32,130 bases of DNA from NCBI GenBank assembly GCA_964291295.2, contig OZ219756.1, positions 1 through 32,130 on the forward strand. Reading direction: 5' to 3'. The number at the start of each line of letters is the position of its first letter. The first letter of the stretch is position 1. Below, in pieces: positions 10,705 to 20,329 of this stretch. The notes below the pieces were generated by a model, which was given only the letters and a program-made list of their open reading frames with translations, was not told the origin of the DNA and made no database searches. Position numbers and translations under genes: made by a program. This DNA comes from an uncultured Candidatus Binatia bacterium (GTDB lineage: Bacteria; Desulfobacterota; Binatia; UBA9968; JAJDTQ01).

Positions 10705-11865
10705 GTGAGCGCCATGACCGACGCAGTACCCGACCCGACTCTGCATTTGCCTAGTCTGGTCATCAAAAATTTCCGGGGCATATCTGATCTCACCATCCCC
10801 CGCCTAGGCCGCGTAACTCTATTCAGCGGCAAAAATGGCGTGGGAAAATCGACCGTGCTTGACGCGGTGCGCATTTACGCTGCCCGTGCACGCACTCGCG
10901 TTTTATCCGAGATATTGCTCGACCGAGATGAACTCGTCAATGTGGTTGACGAAGAAGGTGACGAATCAGCTGCCCCTGACTGGAGCGCTCTATTCTCGGG
11001 TCGTCACACCTTGCCGGAGCAAACTATCTCAATAGGGCCAATCCAGGATTTTGATACGCTCCAAATTCGTATGGTTTCACTAAGCGGTGAGGACTTTCCC
11101 CAGCTGGATCTATATCAGTCCGGTATCTTCGCGGATGAAGAAATGACTGGACTGGAGGTAAAATTCCAAGATGCAAAGCACACGGTTCCTATAAGCTATT
11201 TGCAACGCATAAGCAGGTCTCGAGTGCGACTTTGGACATCTCAAAGGAGACCCCGTCTGTCCCTACCTCAAGAATTTCCTTCTGAAGTGCTATGCAGCGC
11301 CTTAGGTCCTGACGTTCCAAACAATCGCACTATAGAACAATGTCTGAACGATGTGGCCCTAACCCCTCATGAAGAGAGGGCAGTAGAGGCGCTGAATTTG
11401 GTCACATCCGTCGCAGCAGAGCGTGTTGCATTGGTCGGCTCAGATACCAGCAGGGGAATGAGGCCAAGGCGCAGTGTCCTGGTGAAAGTGAGGGGCAGCG
11501 ATGACCCTATACCCCTAAGAAGCCTCGGGGACGGGGCTGTGCGCACGTTTTCAGTCGCTCTTGCCTTGGCCAATAGCAGTAATGGCTTTCTGGTGGTTGA
11601 CGAAGTCGAGAACGGCATCCACCACTCCATCCAAACCAATTTCTGGAAAATGGTTCTTCAATCCGCCCAACGCAACAACGTACAGGTGCTGGCCACCACC
11701 CACAGCGCAGATTGTATCAAGGGTTTCGCTCAAGCCGCTAACGAGCTGGAAGACGTTGAGGGTGTGCTTTACAGCATACGACGCAACGTCAACCGCCTGC
11801 GCGCGGTTGAATACCCCGAACCCGAACTTGCTATCGCCGCCGAGCATGGCATTGAAGTGCGCTAA
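10705..11865 (+). CDS. ABC-type ATPase (AAA_15/AAA_21-like) of a putative defence pair
   Basis: IKNFRGI, Walker A GKNGVGKS, SLGDG signature, VDEVENGIH, ATTHS; more A/T-rich codons than flanking genes. Confidence 0.88.
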   Translation: MSAMTDAVPDPTLHLPSLVIKNFRGISDLTIPRLGRVTLFSGKNGVGKSTVLDAVRIYAARARTRVLSEILLDRDELVNVVDEEGDESAAPDWSALFSGRHTLPEQTISIGPIQDFDTLQIRMVSLSGEDFPQLDLYQSGIFADEEMTGLEVKFQDAKHTVPISYLQRISRSRVRLWTSQRRPRLSLPQEFPSEVLCSALGPDVPNNRTIEQCLNDVALTPHEERAVEALNLVTSVAAERVALVGSDTSRGMRPRRSVLVKVRGSDDPIPLRSLGDGAVRTFSVALALANSSNGFLVVDEVENGIHHSIQTNFWKMVLQSAQRNNVQVLATTHSADCIKGFAQAANELEDVEGVLYSIRRNVNRLRAVEYPEPELAIAAEHGIEVR

Positions 11866-11868
11866 TCC

Positions 11869-12511
11869 ATGTCCACTCCCACCCAGACCTCTGCATCCGG
11901 CCTGCTGGTTGTCGAGGGCCAAAACGACCAGAACGCGATACTGCACCTATGCCGACAGGGGCAACCGGGACTGGCTGAACGCTTCACTATTCACGACGCC
12001 AAGGGTTTTCAAGGTGTGATCAACAGCATCCGCGGGTTCATCAATCAAGATGGCATTACCGCAGTCGGTTTCATAGTGGACGCCGATGATGACCCACAGG
12101 CTCGTTGGCGGCAAGTGCTCAATCGCATTGCCGACGCCGACAATCGAATCGCGCTGCCAGCCTCCCTCGACTCCAACGGCGCCATCATCCCCGAAAATGC
12201 CGACGCCGACATCCCCCGCATCGGTGTCTGGATAATGCCGGATAACCTGTCCGGCGGCGAGCTCGAGGATTTCGTCTCCCGAATGGTGCCTGCCGATGAT
12301 CCGGTATGGCCTCGCGCGCAAGACTATATCGCCCAAATCCCACAGCCGCGCAAGTTCAACGACAAAATCACCAAAGCCAAAGTTCATGCTTGGTTATCCA
12401 CCAGAAAGTTCCCCGGCCTCATCGGCTTGGCAATTCATGAAGGCGACCTGAACACCAATGCCCCCCGTGGCCCAAACTTTCCTCGCCTGGCTATCCCGCC
12501 TTTTCACCTAA
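11869..12511 (+). CDS. DUF3226-like TOPRIM-fold protein with an apparent frameshift in the C6 run 12461-12466
   Basis: VVEGQND and VDAD motifs, GVWIMPDN..GELEDF, KAKVHAWL; deleting one C gives APVAQTFLAWLSRLFT-stop (TAA 12509-12511). Confidence 0.8.
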
Positions 12512-13799
12512 CTCCGCCCTCCGGCCGCCGCGCCGTCAGCATCAGCAGCGACACCGCTGCCAGGTTAACCCCAAACGCCAGAAACACCCACTGGTAGCTT
12601 CTCGTCCAGTCCCAGACGAATCCCGCCGCCGTTGGCCCCAGCGCCTGCCCTCCCACCTGCGCGGCCAGCCCCCAGCTGCGTATCTTGCCTAGATGCAGCC
12701 GCCCGAAGTAGTCCGCCCAAGTCAGCCGCGCCGTGATGTGCAGCCCGCCCACTCCGAACCCCAGGATAAACGCCCCCACTATTCCCACGCCGATGCCGCT
12801 GGCAAAGGCCGTGATGACCGCGCCGCCGGCTACCACCAGGCCCGCCGCCGCCATCACAAACCGCGCTTCTATCCGTCCCCCCAGCGCCGACCACGCAATG
12901 CTGGCCGGCACCTGTGATATGGCAAAAGTAACCGGCGTGAACACGGCCACCGAGCCCGGCGCCCCCTGGTCAATGAAGTGCGGCGCCTGATGCAGCGACA
13001 CCCCCGCCTGCACGATAAACCCGGCGAAGGCGAACAGCATCATCAGCCAGAAAGAGCGCGTCCCCATCGCCTGACGCGGCGTAAAGTTGATTTCCTCCGA
13101 CGCGCTGCGGGGCCGCCGTCCCGCCGCCGGACGTCCGCCCGACGCTGACCCCGACTCGCCGTCCCCGTCCGGTTCCACGCCCAGGTCCTCCGGACGCCGC
13201 GCCATCAGCAGAATTGCCGGCAGCGTTCCCACCGCCATGGTCCACGCTCCCAGCGCGAACCACGCCGTCTCCCAGCTCTGCGCTCCGATGACAGCCTGCG
13301 CCACCAGCGGCATCACTGCCAGCCCCGAACCCTGCGCAGCGTGGTTCAGCGCCAGCGCAAAAGGACGCCGCCGGATGAACCAGTTGCTCACCGCCACCGA
13401 CGTGCCCAGCTCCAGCGGACTGGCAAAAACCGTCCGCCCCGGAACGTATGCCAGGTAAAACAACCAAATCTGGCTCACTGCCCCCAGCGCCACGGCGCAC
13501 AGCCCGGCTATCCCCGACGATATTCCCACCACCAGGCCCGAGCCGTAGCGGTCCAGCACCGGCCCCACCAGCGGCGCCGCGGCTACTGCCAGCACTCCCC
13601 CCAGGCTCACCGCTCCGGAAAACTGCGCCCGCGTCCATCCCAGCTGCTCCGTCATCGGCACCATGAACACCGTCAGCACCGCTACCGACATCAACGGCCG
13701 AGACGAATACGACACAACCCCCGACAGGCCCAGAATGACCCAGCCGTAGTAGAAGGGCATCGTCCGGGCCAAGCGGGCCGGCAGCGCGCGCATCACCAT
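12504..13799 (-). CDS. MFS transporter
   Basis: About 12 hydrophobic segments, FYYGW start, GPVLDRYG motif A, DYFGR. Confidence 0.93.
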   Translation of the reverse strand: MVMRALPARLARTMPFYYGWVILGLSGVVSYSSRPLMSVAVLTVFMVPMTEQLGWTRAQFSGAVSLGGVLAVAAAPLVGPVLDRYGSGLVVGISSGIAGLCAVALGAVSQIWLFYLAYVPGRTVFASPLELGTSVAVSNWFIRRRPFALALNHAAQGSGLAVMPLVAQAVIGAQSWETAWFALGAWTMAVGTLPAILLMARRPEDLGVEPDGDGESGSASGGRPAAGRRPRSASEEINFTPRQAMGTRSFWLMMLFAFAGFIVQAGVSLHQAPHFIDQGAPGSVAVFTPVTFAISQVPASIAWSALGGRIEARFVMAAAGLVVAGGAVITAFASGIGVGIVGAFILGFGVGGLHITARLTWADYFGRLHLGKIRSWGLAAQVGGQALGPTAAGFVWDWTRSYQWVFLAFGVNLAAVSLLMLTARRPEGGVR

Positions 13800-13992
13800 A
13801 GCCGCCGATTATAGCAGGCGCATCCGCCGCCTCCGAAAGCTCTGCCATTTGATACGGGGCCCCGTATAGTGCGGCTACCCTACCTTCCTGCGCGAGAATA
13901 ACGGAATAAAGCGCGGAGAGGTTCTCCCCCTCCGTGCTTCTCCGGCTGCGGCTTCCTCGCCGCAGGTCTTTCTATCCAGGCGGGAAAGAGAC

Positions 13993-15006
13993 CTATACCC
14001 TCGCCAGCTCCAGCCCGCCGCCTTCCGCCGCCATCGCCGGCGCAAACTTCCCGGCCCGCAGCGGCGACCGCACCAGCAGCGTCGACGCCGGCGAACGACG
14101 CACCACCTGGTCCGCCACGCTACCCAGCAGCGCCCGGCCCACCCCCCAGCGCCCCCGCGTTGCCATCATCACCAGCGCGTTGCGCGACCGTCGCGCCAGG
14201 TCAACCACGGCCTCCGCCGGAGGCTCCGTAGAGTTCACCGCCTCCACGTCCGCAAGCCCGAACCCGGCCTCCAGCTCTTCCGCCTTACGCCACAGATATT
14301 CCCGCGACAATGTAGCCATGCTGGCCGCCATCTCCAACGGCCCGCCGAAGTTGAACCCTCCCTCGCCGTCCAGCCGCGCCCACTGCGTATGCGCGCGGAA
14401 ATAGTCCGCGTTGTGTGTGCTGCGCATCAGGATAACCTGTGCCCCGCAAGCCTCGGCCAGCGCGCCGGCGTAGGCCAGCGCATTCTCCGCAAACGCTGAA
14501 CCGTCCAGCGGCACGATGATGTTGTCCACGGATTCCCCAACCCTCACGCCGTCCGACGCGCCGCCGCGCACAATCAGCGCCGGGTTGCTCACCGAGCTGA
14601 CCACCCGCGCCGTCACGCTGCCCATCAGCATCCGGGTCAGCCCGCCGCGCCCGTGAGTTGACATCACGATAAGCCCATCCGGTTCCCGTCCCGCCAGCTC
14701 CGAGATGACCGTCTCCGCTCGGCCTTCCCGCACGTGAATATCAATGTGCGCGATTACGCCCAGCCCATGGAGGCGATGCTTCTCCGCCGTCAGAAACGCC
14801 GTAATCCGGTCATGCTCCGCCACCGCCAGCGAGCCGCTGAACCTTCCCAAATCGGCATCGGCGTGCCACTGTGGCGCCCCCTCAAAAGACCTCATCAGCG
14901 TGATGCGCGCCCCGGCCGCTTCGGCCATCAGACTCGCCGCCGGCAGCGCCGCCGCCGACAATTCCGACCCGTCCAAAGGAACAATAACGCTCTTGAAAAA
15001 CGCCAT
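13993..15006 (-). CDS. Tandem-domain universal stress protein
   Basis: Two USP domains (VPLDGS..MSTHGRGG..GSV; VPLDGS..ATRGR..GSVAD); AGGAGG SD. Confidence 0.94.
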   Translation of the reverse strand: MAFFKSVIVPLDGSELSAAALPAASLMAEAAGARITLMRSFEGAPQWHADADLGRFSGSLAVAEHDRITAFLTAEKHRLHGLGVIAHIDIHVREGRAETVISELAGREPDGLIVMSTHGRGGLTRMLMGSVTARVVSSVSNPALIVRGGASDGVRVGESVDNIIVPLDGSAFAENALAYAGALAEACGAQVILMRSTHNADYFRAHTQWARLDGEGGFNFGGPLEMAASMATLSREYLWRKAEELEAGFGLADVEAVNSTEPPAEAVVDLARRSRNALVMMATRGRWGVGRALLGSVADQVVRRSPASTLLVRSPLRAGKFAPAMAAEGGGLELARV

Positions 15007-15071
15007 AACAACACCTCCTTCCTATCCGTCCATCTCTCTCCCCTGTCACCACCTCTCCACTCCACAGCGGC

Positions 15072-15089
15072 TTGTGCAGCATTTCACAT
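15072..15089. promoter_or_regulatory. Candidate Rex- or CRP/FNR-type operator
   Basis: TTGTGCAGCATTTCACAT matches 12/14 positions of TTGTGAA-N4-TTCACAA; lies just downstream of a minus-strand TATAAT (15105-15110) facing the USP gene. Confidence 0.5.
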
Positions 15090-15222
15090 CGCATATCGCA
15101 ATATATTATATTCTTGATACCAATACTATATCACGCCACAACGCCTCTTGCAACCCCTCATCACCAAAATCCTGGCCCCAAATCACCGTGGCCTCCACCC
15201 TCGCCTGCGTTATAATGCCGCA

Positions 15223-17010
15223 ATGCAGCGCTCTTTCCGGCTGGCCCTCGGCCAGTTCAACCCCACCGTCGGCGACATCACCGGCAACGCCGCGCGCATC
15301 ATCGATCTCATCGACGAAGCGCGCGGCGCCCACGCCGACCTCGTCGCTTTTCCCGAGCTCGCCGTCACCGGCTATCCTCCCGAAGACCTCCTCTTCAAGC
15401 CCTCCTTCCTTGCCGACGCAGCCGATGCCGTCCAGCGCATCGCCGCCGCCGCCCGCGGCATCGCCGTCATCGTTGGCTCCCCCGGCCCTTCTCCCAGCCA
15501 CTCCGGCAGCCGGGCCAGCGACGATGTCGCCAACGCCGCCTCCATCATCAACGACGGCCGCATCCTGGACTGGTATCGCAAAATGTACCTACCCACCTAC
15601 GGCGTCTTCGACGAAGACCGCTATTTCCAGCGCGGCCACGCCTGCCCCGTGTACGTCATCAACGGCGCCTCCGTCGGAATCAACATCTGCGAAGACATCT
15701 GGTATCCCATCGGCCCCATCGCCGTCCAGCGCGACGCCGGCGCCGAAGTCATCGTCAACATCAACGCCTCTCCCTTCCACGCCGGCAAAGCCGCCCAGCG
15801 CGAGCGCATGATTGCCACCCGCGCCGCCGACAACGGCCTGTTCGTCGCCTACCTCAACACTGTCGGCGGCCAGGATGAACTCGTCTTTGATGGCGCCAGC
15901 ATCATCTGCTCCCCCGACGGCGGCATCATCGCCCGCGCCCCCGCTTTCGAAGAAAGCCTCATCACCGCCGACCTCGATGTCGACTCCGTATTCCGACAAC
16001 GCCTCCACGACCCTCGCCCTCGTAAGGAAAACCGGGCCATCCTCGCCGAAGTCGGCCAGGCCAAAGTCATCCCCGTCTCCGACTACCGACGCAGCGCGGC
16101 CCGCGCGCAGCCCGCTCAGCCCATCCTCTGCCGCGCCCTCGACGAAACCGAAGAAATCTACCAGGCCCTGGTCGTCGGCGCCCGCGATTACGTCCGCAAA
16201 TCCGGCTTCCGCCGCGCCCTGGTCGGACTCTCCGGCGGCATCGACTCAGCCCTCACCGCCACCGTCGCCGTCGACGCTCTCGGCCCCGAAAACGTCGTCG
16301 GCGTCGCCATGCCATCCCGCTACTCCTCCGAGGGCAGCGTCGCCGACTCCCAAACCCTCGCCGACAACCTCGGCATCAGCCTCTGGCATATCCCCATAGA
16401 ACCCGCCCATCACGCCTTTACCGAAATGCTCGCCCGCCCTTTCGCCGGTTCCGAACCCAACACCGCCGAGGAAAACGTCCAGGCGCGCATCCGCGGCAAC
16501 GTCCTCATGACCATCGCCAACAAGTTCGGCTGGCTCACCCTCACCACCGGCAACAAGAGCGAAATGGCCATGGGCTACGCCACCCTCTACGGCGACATGG
16601 CCGGCGGTTTCGCCGTCCTCAAAGACGTTCCCAAGACCCTGGTGTACCGACTCGCCCGCTGGCGCAACGCCGGCGCCGCCCCGGACTCCGCCGGCAACCC
16701 GCGCCCTATCATCCCCCGGGCCGTGCTGGATAAACCTCCCAGCGCCGAACTCCGCCCCAACCAAACCGATCAGGACACTCTCCCGCCCTACGAGCTGCTC
16801 GACCCCATCATCAAAGCTTACGTCGAAGACGACTACGCCTATGCCGACATGGTCGCCATGGGCCACAACCCCGATTGGGTCCGCCAGGTCATCACCTCCG
16901 TCGACCGCAACGAGTACAAACGACGCCAGGCTCCCCCAGGCGTCAAAATCACCCCTCGCGCCTTCGGCAAAGACCGCCGCCTACCCATCGTCAACCGCTA
17001 CCGCCCATAA
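15223..17010 (+). CDS. nadE: Glutamine-dependent NAD+ synthetase (start probably ATG 15223)
   Basis: Nitrilase domain (FPEL, ICEDIW), GLSGGIDS, ENVQARIRG, TGNKSE, PPSAEL, NEYKRRQ; TATAAT at 15211-15216. Confidence 0.96.
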   Translation: MQRSFRLALGQFNPTVGDITGNAARIIDLIDEARGAHADLVAFPELAVTGYPPEDLLFKPSFLADAADAVQRIAAAARGIAVIVGSPGPSPSHSGSRASDDVANAASIINDGRILDWYRKMYLPTYGVFDEDRYFQRGHACPVYVINGASVGINICEDIWYPIGPIAVQRDAGAEVIVNINASPFHAGKAAQRERMIATRAADNGLFVAYLNTVGGQDELVFDGASIICSPDGGIIARAPAFEESLITADLDVDSVFRQRLHDPRPRKENRAILAEVGQAKVIPVSDYRRSAARAQPAQPILCRALDETEEIYQALVVGARDYVRKSGFRRALVGLSGGIDSALTATVAVDALGPENVVGVAMPSRYSSEGSVADSQTLADNLGISLWHIPIEPAHHAFTEMLARPFAGSEPNTAEENVQARIRGNVLMTIANKFGWLTLTTGNKSEMAMGYATLYGDMAGGFAVLKDVPKTLVYRLARWRNAGAAPDSAGNPRPIIPRAVLDKPPSAELRPNQTDQDTLPPYELLDPIIKAYVEDDYAYADMVAMGHNPDWVRQVITSVDRNEYKRRQAPPGVKITPRAFGKDRRLPIVNRYRP

Positions 17011-17042
17011 TACGCGCCAACGCGCACAGGAGTCATCACACA

Positions 17043-17507
17043 ATGGAAGTAGAAAACAAACTGGCCGGCATGGGCCTCACCGTTTCCGAGCCTAACCCCT
17101 CCATCGGCAACTTCCTGCCCGCCGTCCGCGTCGGCAACCTGCTCTTCGTCTCCGGCAACCTCCCCCGCCTGGAAGACGGCAGCATGGTCGCCACCGGCAA
17201 AGTGGGCCGCGACGTCAGCATCGAGGAAGGCTACGCCGCCGCCCGTCAGTGCGCCGTCAACTGTCTCTCCTCCGCCCGCAGCATCATCGGCGACCTGGAC
17301 AAAGTGCAGCGAGTCGCCAAATTGCTGGTCATGGTCGCCTGCGACCCCGATTTCGACCAGCAGCCGGCGGTTGGCAACGGCGCATCCGACCTCCTGGTGG
17401 AACTCTACGGCGAGAGCGGACGCCACGCCCGTTCCGCGGTCGGCATGGCCGCCCTTCCCAGAGGCGCCCCCGTAGAAGTCGAAATGATACTGGAAGTAGC
17501 CGACTAA
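17043..17507 (+). CDS. RidA/YjgF family protein
   Basis: LFVSGNLP, GNGASDLL, HARSAVG..LP..APVEVE; AGGAG SD before ATG 17043. Confidence 0.92.
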   Translation: MEVENKLAGMGLTVSEPNPSIGNFLPAVRVGNLLFVSGNLPRLEDGSMVATGKVGRDVSIEEGYAAARQCAVNCLSSARSIIGDLDKVQRVAKLLVMVACDPDFDQQPAVGNGASDLLVELYGESGRHARSAVGMAALPRGAPVEVEMILEVAD

Positions 17508-18075
17508 CCCCCCAGTATTTCCCGAACCGGGCAGCTGAACCCCGGCAATATCTCACCGCCGTCCAGCGCATCGTCCCTGGTGAGAACCACCGCCGGCCGG
17601 TTCGGCTGCCGCGTCTTTATCGTGCCTGCCTCGGGTCAATTACCAGCGCCATCCGCACGCCGAAGGCCAACCATATATCGGCCTTCTCTTCAACTTCCCG
17701 CTCCGAGTCCCTCGGCGATTTAATCTCCGCCACCAGATCCGGCGCTAACGGACAGTAACCGGCAATCTCCACATCCAGAGGCAGCCTCTCTGCGGAAACA
17801 AACGCCACGTCCGGCTCCCGTACCGTGTCCGGATCCCTTTCCAGCAGTACCCCGCTATCCGACCCGAAAACCCGGCCCAATCCTCCCGCGCGAACGTGCG
17901 TCCCCAATGCAACCATCAGCGCGGCGACTACCTCTCCGTGCAGCATTCCCGCCGGCGCCGTCCTGCGCACCGCCCCCTTGATTAATTCGCCCCCCACGCC
18001 CTCGTTGTGAAGACGCAACAGGTCATCGGCAGTCAACAGCTCCCGTTTAACCCCGGCCATCTCAATCGCAGTCAT
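17504..18075 (-). pseudogene. Uma2/DUF820 endonuclease, frameshifted near 17632-17636 (pseudogene or sequence error)
   Basis: VREPDVAFV, PDLVAEIKSP; the ORF stops at 17617 but another frame continues PEAGTIKTRQPNRPAVVLTRDDALDGGEILPGFSCPVREILGG-stop, a typical Uma2 end. Confidence 0.85.
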
Positions 18076-18131
18076 CGCGGTCACCCGACCTTGGGTCGTC
18101 AATCCTAGCCAAGATTAACGGCATTGTATCA

Positions 18132-18782
18132 CTATCCCACGCTGCTGTTCCCCATCTCCTTATAGGCGAACACTGCAAACAGCGGGTCTCCCGGCGGCGC
18201 CATGTCCGGGTTGGCCAGTCCTCCGCGCACCCCGCTGAATCCGCCGGCGCAGCGCATATACGACGCCACCAGCTCAACGTGATCTTCATCGTTGGTCCCG
18301 CGCCACACCCGCACCGCCTTGGTCGGAAAACAGCGGTTGGAAAACATCACGATGAACACGCCGCCCGGCCGCAGCGCCCGCGACACCTCCGCGAACACCT
18401 CCACCGGCCTGGTCAAATACTGCACCGACACCGTAATGATCACCGCGTCAAACGACCCGTCGGCAAAGGGCAGCGACGGGTCGGCGTTGATGTCCCGGAG
18501 CACGTATTCATCCAGCTGCGGATTGTCCGCCATCTCCGTGGCGTTCATCCCCAACCCTACGATGCGGCGGCGCGGATGCTCCTCCGGCCAGTGCGTTCGC
18601 CAGCTGCTCATCAAATCCAGCAGCTCCGCGTTTTCCGGAACCAACTGCTGCAACAGCCGCCCCACCGCCCGGATTGCCCCGTCGTCAATGTGAACCACCA
18701 AACGGGGCATCGCGTAAAAATCAGCGTCGTCGCTTTCGTCCTCCCGCTGGAAAAACTCCGGCGGAAAGCCCCTCGGGTCCAT
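18132..18782 (-). CDS. Class I SAM-dependent methyltransferase
   Basis: FYAMPRLVVHID, LDLMSSW, LPFADGSFDAV, FSNRCFPTKA. Confidence 0.9.
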   Translation of the reverse strand: MDPRGFPPEFFQREDESDDADFYAMPRLVVHIDDGAIRAVGRLLQQLVPENAELLDLMSSWRTHWPEEHPRRRIVGLGMNATEMADNPQLDEYVLRDINADPSLPFADGSFDAVIITVSVQYLTRPVEVFAEVSRALRPGGVFIVMFSNRCFPTKAVRVWRGTNDEDHVELVASYMRCAGGFSGVRGGLANPDMAPPGDPLFAVFAYKEMGNSSVG

Positions 18783-18882
18783 CGCCAAACCCAACCTCCT
18801 GATTAACGTCGCCCGCCCGATCACCGCTGGAAAGCGCATCCTCGCTTCTCCCAGCGGGAAAACTACGGGCGGGCGACGTTCC

Positions 18883-19908
18883 CTAGCTTTCGTCCACCCG
18901 GTACACCCGTACCGCCGTGTCGTGGAACATCGCCGCCCGCTCGCTGGCCGAGTAGCCCTTGGACAGCCGCTTGAATGCGTTGTACATCACGTTGTACGAG
19001 TATGACACCTTGTCCACCGGGAAATTGCTCTCAAACATACAGCGGTCGGGCCCAAACTGCTCAATGCAGTAGTGCACCAGCGGCGCCATATCCGCCGCCA
19101 GCTCCTCCGACCCCACCGGGATGGCCCTCTCATGCCAGTCAAAGCCCGTCCGCGGCATCCCGATGCCTCCCAGCTTCACGACCACGTTCGGACACTCCGC
19201 CGCCGCCGCAATGCCCTTGCGCCAGGTCGCCAGCGTCTCCTCGCTGTTGCGGTACGGTCCCACTCGCAGCAGCCCGCCGATGTGGTTCAGAATGATGGTC
19301 AAGTCCGGAACCGCTTTGGCGAACTCCGCCAGCTCCGGCAGCTGCGGGAAATACATCCATCCTTCCAATGTCAGCCCCATGCCGGCCAGCGCCTGCGCGC
19401 CGGCCCGGAAGTTGGCGCTGGACATCTGGTTCGCCATCCGATGCGCTGCCGTATTCTCCACCTCCGGATGCGGATCCCACGTCACCGAGTGCCGGATGCC
19501 CCGGAAGCGGTTGGGGCTGGCCGCCTGCAACGCCTCCAGCACCGGCTTAACGCCGTCTCCCAGGTTCAGGTTCGCGTGCCCGACGATAGACGCCGCCGCC
19601 CGTCCGGGTCCGTACAGCCCGCTGGCCGAAGCCGCCGCCAGTCCCTGCACAAACTCCACCTCGCCCACCGACTGCATCTCCTCCGGCCCGGTAGCGCGAT
19701 ACATGGAACGGGCCTCCACAAAGACCGTCGACGTAACGTTGTGCCCGCTGTTGATGTCCTCGGCCAGCTCGTGGAGCAAATATCTCTGGTAAGGAATCCG
19801 CTCACTGCGATAGTCCCAAAAGTGATGATGCGGGTCGCAAATGGGAATCTCCGGCTCCAGCGTCTCTTCTTGACGGAGCGCGTGCCAGTCATTGCCTCCA
19901 AACGGCAT
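18883..19908 (-). CDS. Amidohydrolase_2 family protein
   Basis: DPHHH metal motif, ILNHIGG, VKLGG, MFESNFPVD; GGAGG SD. Confidence 0.92.
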   Translation of the reverse strand: MPFGGNDWHALRQEETLEPEIPICDPHHHFWDYRSERIPYQRYLLHELAEDINSGHNVTSTVFVEARSMYRATGPEEMQSVGEVEFVQGLAAASASGLYGPGRAAASIVGHANLNLGDGVKPVLEALQAASPNRFRGIRHSVTWDPHPEVENTAAHRMANQMSSANFRAGAQALAGMGLTLEGWMYFPQLPELAEFAKAVPDLTIILNHIGGLLRVGPYRNSEETLATWRKGIAAAAECPNVVVKLGGIGMPRTGFDWHERAIPVGSEELAADMAPLVHYCIEQFGPDRCMFESNFPVDKVSYSYNVMYNAFKRLSKGYSASERAAMFHDTAVRVYRVDES

Positions 19909-20192
19909 AATCAAGCCTCCTGTGTTCCGGGTGTCAGTGTGTCCTCTCCGGGCTATGCTAACTACCGCCGCCGCTTTGCGTCAGCTTTTGAAAACGCCGC
20001 GGAATTCCCTTACGCTGTGCAGAACACGCCCCACAACGCAGAACCCCCACGAACGCCTCCCGATTTTATCACCGAACCCCACCGCCGCATACCCGCCCCT
20101 CGGCCTCCAATCCGAAAACCCCCAGCCAGCCCACAACCCAATCCTGAAAATCCCCAAATCCGGTAAATCCTGATTCTGACAAAAACCTCTGT

Positions 20193-20220
20193 TTGCAAAA
20201 CCGTACCATCGTGCTACAAT
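20193..20220 (+). promoter_or_regulatory. sigma70-type promoter with extended -10
   Basis: TTGCAA (20193-20198), 16 nt, TGcTACAAT ending at 20220. Confidence 0.6.
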
Positions 20221-20329
20221 ATCCCCGTCAGGCTCATCCAACGGCCCCGCGCGAACCGTCGGATACCCGTCCCAGCCCGGTGCACCGGCCAGGACACCGC
20301 CCGACACCACAACTTAATAGGAGTCTCAC

